This document shows positions 1 through 7,974 of a stretch of DNA of 43,134 nucleotides, piece by piece. A program made the position numbers and the translations under genes. Origin of the DNA: Leptospirales bacterium (GTDB lineage Bacteria > Spirochaetota > Leptospiria > Turneriellales > JAOUFE01); NCBI GenBank assembly GCA_040326155.1, contig JBEQLE010000034.1, positions 1 through 43,134 of the forward strand. Direction: 5' to 3'. Positions within the stretch are counted from its first letter, which is position 1. The number at the start of each line of letters is the position of its first letter. Under the pieces are notes generated by a model. That model saw only the letters and a list, made by a program, of their open reading frames with translations. It was not told the origin of the DNA and ran no database searches.

Positions 1-77
1 TCTCCGCCAACCCAACGGTTGTCTCCGCCAACCCAATGGTTGTCTCCGCCAACCCAACGGTTGTCTCCGCCAACCCA
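1..77. repeat. 21-bp tandem repeat (TCTCCGCCAACCCAAYGGTTG), about 3.7 copies, running off the window start
   Basis: Units start at 1, 22, 43 and 64; one C/T difference in unit 2; the last copy is partial. Confidence 0.95.
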
Positions 78-182
78 GCGGGTTAGTCGAATTCAGCTGC
101 GCTGAAAGGGAAGAACCTGCATCGATTATGGGTGTGAATAGATTTATGAAGTCCGCTCAATCTTGTACACAATACATGTACC

Positions 183-461
183 TTAATATGCTTTATCTCT
201 GATTTCAAAGGAAGTTATTGATATTACTTTGTCGGCTTTATCAATTTCATAGAAAAGACGATAATTTCCAATTCTGTATCGCCAGGTAGGGGGTTCATAG
301 TTTTTGAGTTTCTTTATATTGGGCCCATAAAATGGATTTTGTTTCATTTGTGGATATACATAGTTTAGTAGCTTTTCATACATTTTATTTCTTAGATCTG
401 CTTGAATATTGTCAATATTAGAAATGAAAGTGTCAGTCTCAAATATTTTATACTCAAACAA
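183..461 (-). CDS. relE: RelE/ParE-family type II toxin
   Basis: IKKLKNYEPPTWRYRIGNYRLFYEID RelE-type motif; likely TTG start at 461 overlapping the antitoxin stop, with GGAAGAGG upstream. Confidence 0.85.
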   Translation of the reverse strand: MFEYKIFETDTFISNIDNIQADLRNKMYEKLLNYVYPQMKQNPFYGPNIKKLKNYEPPTWRYRIGNYRLFYEIDKADKVISITSFEIRDKAY

Positions 462-693
462 ACCGACCTCTTCCATTCTTGGCATCTTGGCTACCCTTCT
501 TGAGTTGTTTCACTAGAGAAGAATTATTCAGTATTTCACTCATTTCAAATTCATCTACAACTTCTATATCCTCAACATATCTTAAAGTTGCCGTCTCAAT
601 AAAATTTGAAATGGAACGATTTTCTATTTTCGCATGTTGCTTCAACCTTTTCAACAAACTTTCATCGATTCTTAATGTAACAGTTTTTGACAT
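454..693 (-). CDS. Ribbon-helix-helix (CopG/DUF6290-like) antitoxin
   Basis: MSKTVTLRIDESLLKRLKQHAKIENRSISNFI RHH pattern, acidic C-terminal half, directly upstream of and overlapping the toxin. Confidence 0.85.
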   Translation of the reverse strand: MSKTVTLRIDESLLKRLKQHAKIENRSISNFIETATLRYVEDIEVVDEFEMSEILNNSSLVKQLKKGSQDAKNGRGRFV

Positions 694-719
694 AATTTTC
701 CCCTTTATCTGATAATACC

Positions 720-748
720 AAAATAATGCTATTATACTGCGATGTCAA
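720..748 (-). promoter_or_regulatory. sigma70-type promoter of the relBE-like operon
   Basis: TTGACA (748-743), 17 nt, TATTTT (725-720) on the minus strand. Confidence 0.6.
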
Positions 749-807
749 CAAATTATTACAATGTAAACGTTTGCAATACAAAGTAATATCCAAAGAGGCA
801 CTTTTTT

Positions 808-882
808 TCCGCATAACGTTTTGGGGTTTCCGTAGTCAGTAGGGAATGGCTACGCCATTCCTAACGAGCACCAATTAACCTC
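808..882 (+). repeat. Deleted copy of an attC-like hairpin element (homologous to 42763-42860)
   Basis: TCCGCATAAC then ACGTTTTGGGGTTTCCGTAGTCAGTAGGGAATGGC-TAC-GCCATTCCTAACGAGCACCAATTAACCTC; aligns nearly base for base with 42763-42860 apart from the hairpin loop. Confidence 0.8.
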
Positions 883-1108
883 AAGTTTGTGAATGGAAAG
901 TAGTTTTACACATCCTATGGAAAATAGAAATGCACATAAACATCAGAAAATAGCAGTGCATTAGGCGCAAAAAATAGAATCTTTTTGAACACGAATTATA
1001 CTAAAAATGAGGACTATAAACGACAATAAATATGTCGCTAAAATTCAAAAGTTAACTTTTTATTCAGTATTCAAAAACAGAGAATGATTTGCTTTACAAA
1101 GTTCATAC

Positions 1109-1414
1109 CTAACCCTTCATTATTAAAACTTCTTCTTTTTTAGATTTCGATCCCCTTGGCCGTACTTTAATTTCGAGTTCCATTCCGATGCTGTCCAAAT
1201 ATTTTCTTAGTGTAGATATTTTGATATCTTTGCGATTTTCTATTTTGGAAATACTGGACTGGGCGAATGCATCAATGTCGACTTGTTTGATACCCATGTA
1301 TTCTCTCAATTCTGCGAGTGGAATATTCAAGATCATTGATTTGGTATTCTCTTCTGCAACACCGGTTCTACTTGCAGATAATTTCGTTTTAATATTTTCT
1401 TTTGCTTTTTTCAT
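1109..1414 (-). CDS. XRE/HTH antitoxin-like regulator (HigA-type), orphan
   Basis: LAELREYMGIKQ...QSSISKIENRKDIKISTLRKYLDSIGMELEIKV, typical Cro/C1 HTH antitoxin. Confidence 0.8.
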   Translation of the reverse strand: MKKAKENIKTKLSASRTGVAEENTKSMILNIPLAELREYMGIKQVDIDAFAQSSISKIENRKDIKISTLRKYLDSIGMELEIKVRPRGSKSKKEEVLIMKG

Positions 1415-1418
1415 ATCA

Positions 1419-1485
1419 TTACCTCAAACTATCCAAATATTTCTTATAAAACTTTTCAGCAGTAGGAATCAATTTTCATAGAATT
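1419..1485 (-). pseudogene. C-terminal remnant of a HigB/Gp49-like (RelE-superfamily) toxin
   Basis: Reads KFYE/(frameshift)/KLIPTAEKFYKKYLDSLR* and ends 4 nt before the antitoxin ATG; resembles the FYxKLIPxAxxLY C-terminus of such toxins. Confidence 0.55.
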
Positions 1486-1525
1486 TAAAATATGGATATT
1501 CCGTTAAGGGAATATCCATATTTTA
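1486..1525. promoter_or_regulatory. Perfect 17-bp inverted repeat, probable TA operator
   Basis: TAAAATATGGATATTCC-gttaag-GGAATATCCATATTTTA. Confidence 0.6.
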
Positions 1526-1549
1526 TGAATAAGTTTCCTGATTCTCAGT

Positions 1550-1918
1550 TCAATTTAGAAGTCTGGCAATAGATATATCAAATACTTTCGCCAGCTTTCT
1601 AGCCATATCTAAAGAAATATTTCGTCTATCATTTTCCAAATCAGAAATATATTGAATACTTTTCTTTACTTTTTCTCCAAGTTGTGATTGCGATAATCCT
1701 GAATTTTCTCTATAGATATGAATAACTTTTCCAGGGCTTGTTCCCTCAATAATTTCATTAAACCACTTTGATTGTGTAGCCAAAACAATCTCTTCTCCAT
1801 CATCATTTAATATCTTTACTGACTTCTTGAAAGCCTTACTCACGGCAGTTAAAATATCGTTTGGGATATCACCCTTCATTTCAATTTTCGCATTTTTAGT
1901 TTTAACAAGTACTTGCAT
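1550..1918 (-). CDS. HigA-like antitoxin with C-terminal XRE HTH
   Basis: PGKVIHIYRENSGLSQSQLGEKV...YISDLENDRRNISLDMARKLAKVF; AGGAGA RBS; downstream of a toxin gene. Confidence 0.85.
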   Translation of the reverse strand: MQVLVKTKNAKIEMKGDIPNDILTAVSKAFKKSVKILNDDGEEIVLATQSKWFNEIIEGTSPGKVIHIYRENSGLSQSQLGEKVKKSIQYISDLENDRRNISLDMARKLAKVFDISIARLLN

Positions 1919-1941
1919 TATATCTCCTTACAAAATTATAA

Positions 1942-2208
1942 TTAATAGGGCGCACCCTCACGACTCCCAACGTAATGCACTTCGATAATAATACTTTCAT
2001 TTTCGGTTTTCCAACACGCCACCCAACTGTACGATAGATGGCAATGATGTTCATTATGTCCAAGCTTACTATAATTCGGCCATTTGTTTTGTACTGGACC
2101 ATTTTCATTAATATCAAGCACTAACTGAGCAAATTTTTCTTGCTCCCTTTGTGGCATCTTTCTAATACTTTTCTCCAGTTTTTTCTTCCACCCAACTGTA
2201 TATGCCAC
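1942..2208 (-). CDS. HigB/RelE-family toxin (toxin-first TA)
   Basis: GPVQNKWPNYSKLG..EHHCHLSYSWVACW...IEVHYVGSREGAPY; start moved to GTG 2208 because the TTG at 2244 is the -35 box. Confidence 0.8.
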   Translation of the reverse strand: MAYTVGWKKKLEKSIRKMPQREQEKFAQLVLDINENGPVQNKWPNYSKLGHNEHHCHLSYSWVACWKTENESIIIEVHYVGSREGAPY

Positions 2209-2214
2209 ATAAAG

Positions 2215-2244
2215 AGTATACCATACCATGTGGTATACCGTCAA
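2215..2244 (-). promoter_or_regulatory. Promoter/operator of the higBA-like operon (near-leaderless)
   Basis: TTGACG, 18 nt, TATACT, 6 nt before GTG; TATACCA/TGGTATA inverted repeat overlaps the spacer. Confidence 0.65.
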
Positions 2245-2361
2245 CTATATTGTATGGTTCAATATATATAAATTGCCGGATTGTTCCTCGACCTGTTTAT
2301 TTGCAGATCGTAGATACCGGAGTGGGGATTTCCCCGACAAAAGTATAAAAGGGGGAGCGTA

Positions 2362-2409
2362 GACTGTTTTTATAAGGGTACAAGATCTTGTGCCCTTATA
2401 AAAACAGTC
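2362..2409. repeat. 48-bp near-perfect palindrome (REP-like)
   Basis: GACTGTTTTTATAAGGGTACAAGA|TCTTGTGCCCTTATAAAAACAGTC, one mismatch. Confidence 0.85.
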
Positions 2410-2578
2410 GGTGCGGGGGGAAAATCGATAAAACATGGTGGGGAAAAAACCATCTTTTCCCCGCATGGTAGTCTTGCATTGGTGTGGAATTTCATACCTA
2501 ATAGAGACTACCAACGAGCTTTTTCTATTTTTATGGAATTTTAGTTGACGAATATTCTATAATAGAGGATTTTAGAGT

Positions 2579-3115
2579 ATGAATCCATTATATATAAAAG
2601 CGTTTCACATTGTTTTTCTGGTTACATGGTTTGCAGGTCTGTTTTACATCGTCCGGCTGTTTATTTACCATGTGGAGGCGGGTAAAAAGAGCCCTTCCGA
2701 AAAAGAGATTTTACAAAATCAGCTTATTATTATGGCTGAACGTTTATGGTATATTATTACATGGCCCGGAATGATTTTAACTGTTTTGTCGGGCAGTTTT
2801 TTACTCTATTTACAATCCTGGATGTTGAGTTCGCCGTGGTTGCATATTAAGCTTACTTTGGTGTTGTTATTGATTGTTTATCATTTCAGCATCGGCAGAA
2901 TATTAAAAAACCTACGGAAGGGGATCGTTGAGTATAAATCGCAAAAGCTTCGCTTGTTTAATGAACTTCCAACTGTTTTTCTATTTGCGATTGTTTTTTT
3001 AGCAGTATTAAAAAGTACAATGAGTCTTTTAGTTGCTTTAGGCGGCTTGCTGGCATTGATGGTGATCTTGATGGTGGGGGTGAAGTTTTATAAAAAAGCC
3101 AGAGAAAGTAAATAA
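2579..3115 (+). CDS. hemJ: Protoporphyrinogen IX oxidase HemJ (UPF0093/CopD-like membrane protein)
   Basis: IKAFHIVFLVTWFAGLFYIVRLFIYH, MAERLWYII, WLHIKL and LRLFNELPT motifs. Confidence 0.9.
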   Translation: MNPLYIKAFHIVFLVTWFAGLFYIVRLFIYHVEAGKKSPSEKEILQNQLIIMAERLWYIITWPGMILTVLSGSFLLYLQSWMLSSPWLHIKLTLVLLLIVYHFSIGRILKNLRKGIVEYKSQKLRLFNELPTVFLFAIVFLAVLKSTMSLLVALGGLLALMVILMVGVKFYKKARESK

Positions 3116-3119
3116 GAAA

Positions 3120-4025
3120 TTGAATAAGAAGACTGTGGAGAAAAAAGTTTTCTTAACAGGGGCGACCGGGTTTATAGGGTCGCAGGTATTAGAAGTTCTT
3201 GTGCGGAGCGGATACCATATTTGTGCTCTCTACAGAAATGAAAAAAAAATTCCAGAGCAGTTGCGTTTTCATAAGAAGATCGACTGGGTTCAAGGTGAGT
3301 TCACCGATTTTACTTCCTGGAAAGAAAAAATTTCAGGTAACCATATAATTATAAACTGCGTTGGAATTATTCGAGAAAAGAAGGGTTCCACCTTTCAGGT
3401 GGTTCATACCGATATTCCGGGGCACATGATGAATGAAGCGCAGCATGCTAAAGTTTCTCATTTTATTCAAATTTCAGCTCTCGGCGCCGGTTCGGACGAG
3501 TCCATTCGTTATTTTCATACAAAAAAAGTAGCCGAAGACTTTCTTGTTCAATCTGGAATTCGTTATACAATTTTTCGTCCTTCTTTTGTGTTTTCTTACA
3601 ACTCAGAGGCTATGAGGCTTTTTCGTAAACTTGCTATGTTGCCTTTGACTCCGGTAATTGCAGGTGGTGAATATAAGTTTGAACCTCTTTTTGTGGGTGA
3701 TCTTGCTCAGGCTGTCTGTGAGTCGATTTTCAAAAAAAAATCGTGGAATAAAATTATAGAAGTGGGCGGCGCCGAAGTTTTAACTTATAAAGAAATTCTT
3801 AGAATGTTGGCCAGACTCGAAAGCAAAAATATTACGACGGTATCGATTCCATTTTGGATGGCAATGCCCGGGGTAGCCATAGGGCAGTATTTTTGGTTTT
3901 TTCCTATTACGGTTGACCAGTTGAAAATGTTGATACGTGGCAGCGTTTGCAAGAATAACGAAATGCAAAAAATCTTTTCAATACAAGCAACGTCTTTTGA
4001 AGAAGGGCTAAGTCTGTCGAAATGA
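3120..4025 (+). CDS. Atypical SDR / NAD-dependent epimerase (NDUFA9-like)
   Basis: TGATGFIG Rossmann motif, ISALGA, YFHTK (YxxxK), IFRPS. Confidence 0.85.
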   Translation: MNKKTVEKKVFLTGATGFIGSQVLEVLVRSGYHICALYRNEKKIPEQLRFHKKIDWVQGEFTDFTSWKEKISGNHIIINCVGIIREKKGSTFQVVHTDIPGHMMNEAQHAKVSHFIQISALGAGSDESIRYFHTKKVAEDFLVQSGIRYTIFRPSFVFSYNSEAMRLFRKLAMLPLTPVIAGGEYKFEPLFVGDLAQAVCESIFKKKSWNKIIEVGGAEVLTYKEILRMLARLESKNITTVSIPFWMAMPGVAIGQYFWFFPITVDQLKMLIRGSVCKNNEMQKIFSIQATSFEEGLSLSK

Positions 4026-4067
4026 TTTTCGATAGACTTAGAAGGGCTGAGTCTGTCGAAATGATTT
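4001..4067. repeat. 28-bp direct repeat (period 39) with an embedded hairpin
   Basis: AGAAGGGCTRAGTCTGTCGAAATGATTT at 4001 and 4040; TAAGTCTGTCGAAA/TTTCGATAGACTTA stem at 4009-4040. Confidence 0.85.
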
Positions 4068-4112
4068 CCCACAAATTCGATTTTGAATGACGGTTGGTAA
4101 AGCTCTTATCCT

Positions 4113-5849
4113 GTGTCCTTTATGGTTATTCGAAAACTTTCCGATCTTGTTGTTTCTCAAATTGCCGCAGGGGAAGTTATTGAGAGTCCCGCCGGCGCTG
4201 TTAAAGAAATTCTCGAAAATGCCCTTGACGCAAAAGCCGATAAAATTGAAATATTTTTACGCGGTGGAGGCCTTGAAAGTATTCAGGTTCGCGACAACGG
4301 AACGGGCATGGGTAAAGAAGATTTACCGCTGGCCGTTGAAAGTTTTGCGACAAGTAAGATTGAAAAACTCGACGATTTGTATACGGTGCGGTCGATGGGC
4401 TTTCGCGGCGAGGCTTTAAGTTCCATTTGTTCGGTCTCGAGGGTAAGTATTGAGTCAAAAACAAAAACAGCCAAAAATGGTTGGAAAATTGTTGCTGAAG
4501 CTGGGAATATTTCACCGGTTGAAGCGTGTCCATTCGGGGATTCTGGAACCAGAGTCATTGTCGATAATCTATTTTTTAATGTTCCTATACGAAAAAAGTT
4601 TCTAAACAGCGAGAAAAAAATTCGCAGAGAAGTTCAGGAAATAATTACTTCTTATGCGCTGGCCTGGCCGAGTATTTCGTTTACATACAACCAGGAAGGA
4701 AAAGAGATATTTCGGTTTCCCGCTAAAGAGAACCTTCTTGATCGTGTTGCCCAGGTGTTTGGTATGGAATTTAACACTCGGTTGTTGCCGGTATATGTGG
4801 AAGAAGAGGGTCATACGCTAGAAGGCTATATTTCGGGTCTCGATTTTTTCCATTCTCATAATTCATTTTTACGGTTTTTTATTAATAAGAGAAAAGTTTT
4901 TTATAAACCACTTACGTCCATTTTAAGAAGGGCTTATGGCGAGCTATTACCTCCGGGAAAATATCCCGCCGCTGTTTTGTTTTTAAACACAGATACCGAA
5001 GAACTCGATGTAAATGTTCACCCTCAGAAAAAAGAGGTGAAGTTTAAAAACCCCGAACAAGTGGAGAGAAAAGTTTATCTGGCGATAAAAGCGGCAATAG
5101 AAGGCGATGGAAATATTCCTTCCTCTCATTTTATAAAGACAACAGAGAGGGTTGCCAAAAAACACCAGACTGTTTACGAGCAGGGTGATCTGAATTTACG
5201 GCCCCCGCTTGTGGTAAAAGATGGAACGCCAGATCTGGAGTATGGCGCTCCAGTGGAGAACGAAGTTTTGGGGCGTCCTTCCACTATTCATGGGACATTG
5301 TACGACACGCTGGTTATGGCCAGCTCCCCCGAAGGTATATATTTAATCGATCAACACACCGCTCACGAAAGAATACGATACGAAGAGATTTTGGCCAAAC
5401 TGGAAACGTCTGAACCGCCCCGGCAGGCGCTTATGGATCCGGTGAGTTTTTACCCCTCACCCGAAAAAATAGAAGCGCTTTTGGAAGGGACACCGATTCT
5501 TGAAAAGCTTGGTTTTGAATTCGAAGATCTCGGTCCGGCCGGGTATCGGCTGGCGGCGGTCCCTTCCTATGTTCGTTCCGGCGAAGAAGAAAATTCTTTA
5601 GAATTGGCATTAAGTCTGCTCGACAAAGATATAAATTTAACGCCCGCGCAACTTTTTGATCGTCTGGCAAAATCGATGGCTTGCCGCTCGGCCATTAAAA
5701 AAGGGGACTCTGCCACAACGTATGAGCTTTCTCGTCTGATTGAAAAACTGTATAAGTGCAAGAATCCGGCAAGGTGTCCGCATGGAAGACCCACTGTTAT
5801 ATTTATGGGCAAGAAAGATCTTTTTGGTTTTTTTAAACGGGAGGTTTAA
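4113..5849 (+). CDS. mutL: DNA mismatch repair endonuclease MutL
   Basis: IAAGEVIE, GFRGEAL, DVNVHPQKKEV, DQHTAHERIRYE and CPHGRP motifs; start may be ATG 4122. Confidence 0.97.
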   Translation: MSFMVIRKLSDLVVSQIAAGEVIESPAGAVKEILENALDAKADKIEIFLRGGGLESIQVRDNGTGMGKEDLPLAVESFATSKIEKLDDLYTVRSMGFRGEALSSICSVSRVSIESKTKTAKNGWKIVAEAGNISPVEACPFGDSGTRVIVDNLFFNVPIRKKFLNSEKKIRREVQEIITSYALAWPSISFTYNQEGKEIFRFPAKENLLDRVAQVFGMEFNTRLLPVYVEEEGHTLEGYISGLDFFHSHNSFLRFFINKRKVFYKPLTSILRRAYGELLPPGKYPAAVLFLNTDTEELDVNVHPQKKEVKFKNPEQVERKVYLAIKAAIEGDGNIPSSHFIKTTERVAKKHQTVYEQGDLNLRPPLVVKDGTPDLEYGAPVENEVLGRPSTIHGTLYDTLVMASSPEGIYLIDQHTAHERIRYEEILAKLETSEPPRQALMDPVSFYPSPEKIEALLEGTPILEKLGFEFEDLGPAGYRLAAVPSYVRSGEEENSLELALSLLDKDINLTPAQLFDRLAKSMACRSAIKKGDSATTYELSRLIEKLYKCKNPARCPHGRPTVIFMGKKDLFGFFKREV

Positions 5850-6004
5850 TTGTGGTTAACGCGGTTTTTGTGTGGTAAGTGTTTTTGGCAATGAATGCAG
5901 AAATTCGAGAGACTTGGCCATCCTGGGCTCGTAAGATAAAAATATTGACAAACTCTATAGATATGTCATATCAGTTTTATATTATTTTAACAAGGAATGT
6001 TTTT

Positions 6005-6547
6005 ATGCCTATGAACCAAATTAAATTTTCTATAAATATGATTATCTTTTACTTTTTTACGACACTTTTTATGTTTAATTGCAAAGAAAAAGTTAGTTCG
6101 CCCCTTGATATTAATGCAATGGCGGCAAGACAAAGTTCAACAATAGGTGAGTATTCCAGGTTATTTAGAGTAGATAAATCTGCAAAGCTTTCAAATGGTC
6201 AATATATCATCTTGAATGTTGTCAACATTCAAAAATTTCAGGAATTCAAAACAAATGACAATAAAATTCTTCGTAATGCAGTTGTAATAGAAAATGTAAC
6301 TCCCGTTAACGATGCTCGTGAATACATAAATACAGTTGGTTTCTTCAATTTGTTAGATGACTATGCCAATTCAAATTCTGATCTTGATTGGTATGTTCAA
6401 AGCGGCAAGGAAAATACAGAAATTATATTGTCATTTAAAGAGGATATTAGCAAATATAAATACTTGGTAATCGGTGGAATGGATAAAGAGACTAACAATG
6501 GCAATTTTACAAAAATATTCCCAATTAAAATGTTAGTCGATAGGTAA
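6005..6547 (+). CDS. Hypothetical lipoprotein
   Basis: Hydrophobic N-terminus ending LFMFNC (spirochaetal-type lipobox); ATG 6005 or 6011 preferred over GTG 5879. Confidence 0.6.
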   Translation: MPMNQIKFSINMIIFYFFTTLFMFNCKEKVSSPLDINAMAARQSSTIGEYSRLFRVDKSAKLSNGQYIILNVVNIQKFQEFKTNDNKILRNAVVIENVTPVNDAREYINTVGFFNLLDDYANSNSDLDWYVQSGKENTEIILSFKEDISKYKYLVIGGMDKETNNGNFTKIFPIKMLVDR

Positions 6548-6774
6548 TGATATTTTCTTTAGGGAATTACAAAGACTTATTGAAAAAATGTGAATATGAG
6601 TTCGTAGCTTTGGATAATTGTCAAAGCCATCCTGAATATGATTTTACCCTATTTAATATTGTTGTTTCTATAAACCATTTATTCGATTGGTATTTAAATG
6701 ATACAAATTTATCCTCTAAGTCAAGGTTAAAATGTATAGAGTTATTCAATCAATGGCAAAATTTCTCAGTTTGA
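6547..6774 (+). pseudogene. Short hypothetical ORF, possibly 3'-truncated
   Basis: Coupled to the upstream stop; LFNIVVSINHLFDW helical motif; ends after 75 aa into non-coding DNA. Confidence 0.4.
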
Positions 6775-6931
6775 AAGTACAAACCAACTCGGCCTCCCCT
6801 ATTGTTGGTACTTATCAGGAAAGTTGTTTGTAAGAAATGCCGGGATAAAACGAAATGCAAAGATTGTGTATTTTTTGGCAGAGTAAGTACAAAAAATGCC
6901 AAGCTGTTAAAAACAATAATTAAATAGTATA

Positions 6932-6969
6932 TTAGCTCGAAGGTTCAATCAATCGCGCCTTCGAGCTAA
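6932..6969. terminator. Hairpin between convergent genes
   Basis: TTAGCTCGAAGG-N14-CCTTCGAGCTAA perfect 12-bp stem; no clear U-tract. Confidence 0.45.
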
Positions 6970-7001
6970 CCAGAATGTATTAAGCAATTAAATGTTTTAA
7001 A

Positions 7002-7607
7002 TTATTGAAGGAACTCTATACGATTTATATTACTTAATTTAATATAAACACCTTTGCCAGGTATGCGATATTTTGTTTTGAGTTTCTCATCGACACATTC
7101 AGCTTCGGCAATTAATAAATCAACTTCATCTGGAAAATTTGGATTATAAGTATAATCTTTTATGTATCCTAGATATCTAGTTTCATCAGACAGAATAAAA
7201 ATTCCCCATTGATTATCTTTTTGTAATTTCACCCATAGAACATCAGGTTTTGTACCTAGAAAATCTAAATCATATTTCTTAGCTATATATAATCTTAACT
7301 TTAAGAAGCCAACCCTCACGTATCCAAAAAGTATAGCAGAACCATATAAGTAAAACGACAAAATATAATTTATCGAATTCGATCCAAAAAAGTCAATAGA
7401 ATAATCGGAATTACCAATAATATTTAATTTGAAATAATGATTTAGTACGTAGGCTGTTGATACGATGAACAAACTAGCGACAAAACTATATAAAATCCTA
7501 GCAAAGTCTCGGTCTTTTCTCGCAGGAAAGAATCTTCTATAAATTTCTAGAAATAGAAAGCCTGGTAGCAAATAGAAAAAAGCTACAATGATATCAGGAA
7601 ATTTCAC
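7002..7607 (-). CDS. DUF6338-like membrane protein
   Basis: N-terminal LLPGF motif, three TM segments, C-terminal soluble region (YLGYIKDY...DLLIAEA...GVYIKLSNINRIEF). Confidence 0.7.
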   Translation of the reverse strand: MKFPDIIVAFFYLLPGFLFLEIYRRFFPARKDRDFARILYSFVASLFIVSTAYVLNHYFKLNIIGNSDYSIDFFGSNSINYILSFYLYGSAILFGYVRVGFLKLRLYIAKKYDLDFLGTKPDVLWVKLQKDNQWGIFILSDETRYLGYIKDYTYNPNFPDEVDLLIAEAECVDEKLKTKYRIPGKGVYIKLSNINRIEFLQ

Positions 7608-7783
7608 TAATTATTCTTGCGCCTAGTTGGTGTGTTAGTCTTGGGTTTTGCGGGTTTTGGTTGAGTCGGCTTTATTGTCTCATATGATGGTCTTTCTGTA
7701 TTAGGTCTCGGGTTTGTATGCACATTTGATTTCTCTACATCTTCCCTATATATCTGAGTTATTTTATTTGCTTTTTCTGCCAT
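7607..7783 (-). CDS. 58-aa Pro/Lys-rich small protein (not in the ORF track)
   Basis: AGGAGA RBS, ATG 7783, MAEKANKITQIYREDVEKSNVHTNPRPNTERPSYETIKPTQPKPAKPKTNTPTRRKNN*; its TAG overlaps the GTG of the next gene. Confidence 0.75.
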   Translation of the reverse strand: MAEKANKITQIYREDVEKSNVHTNPRPNTERPSYETIKPTQPKPAKPKTNTPTRRKNN

Positions 7784-7974
7784 TTAAATCTCCTATATGT
7801 AACAATAGTATGGACAATATACTGGAATTCGACTAAAAAAGACAAGCATTTTTTCACTTAACATTGTATATTCCAATACGCTTCCGTCATCCCGGTCTTC
7901 ATTGGTGTAAATGGTGCTATTTCAATAAAAGACAAAGAGGTGCTCCTGCCAGCGCCTGACAAATTTTCATCTGC

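Noticed and set aside
1..77. Possible CRISPR array
   Set aside because: Repeats are contiguous with no spacers, and there are no cas genes.
2245..2514. 89-aa minus-strand ORF
   Set aside because: Runs through palindromes and has no recognisable motif; likely spurious.
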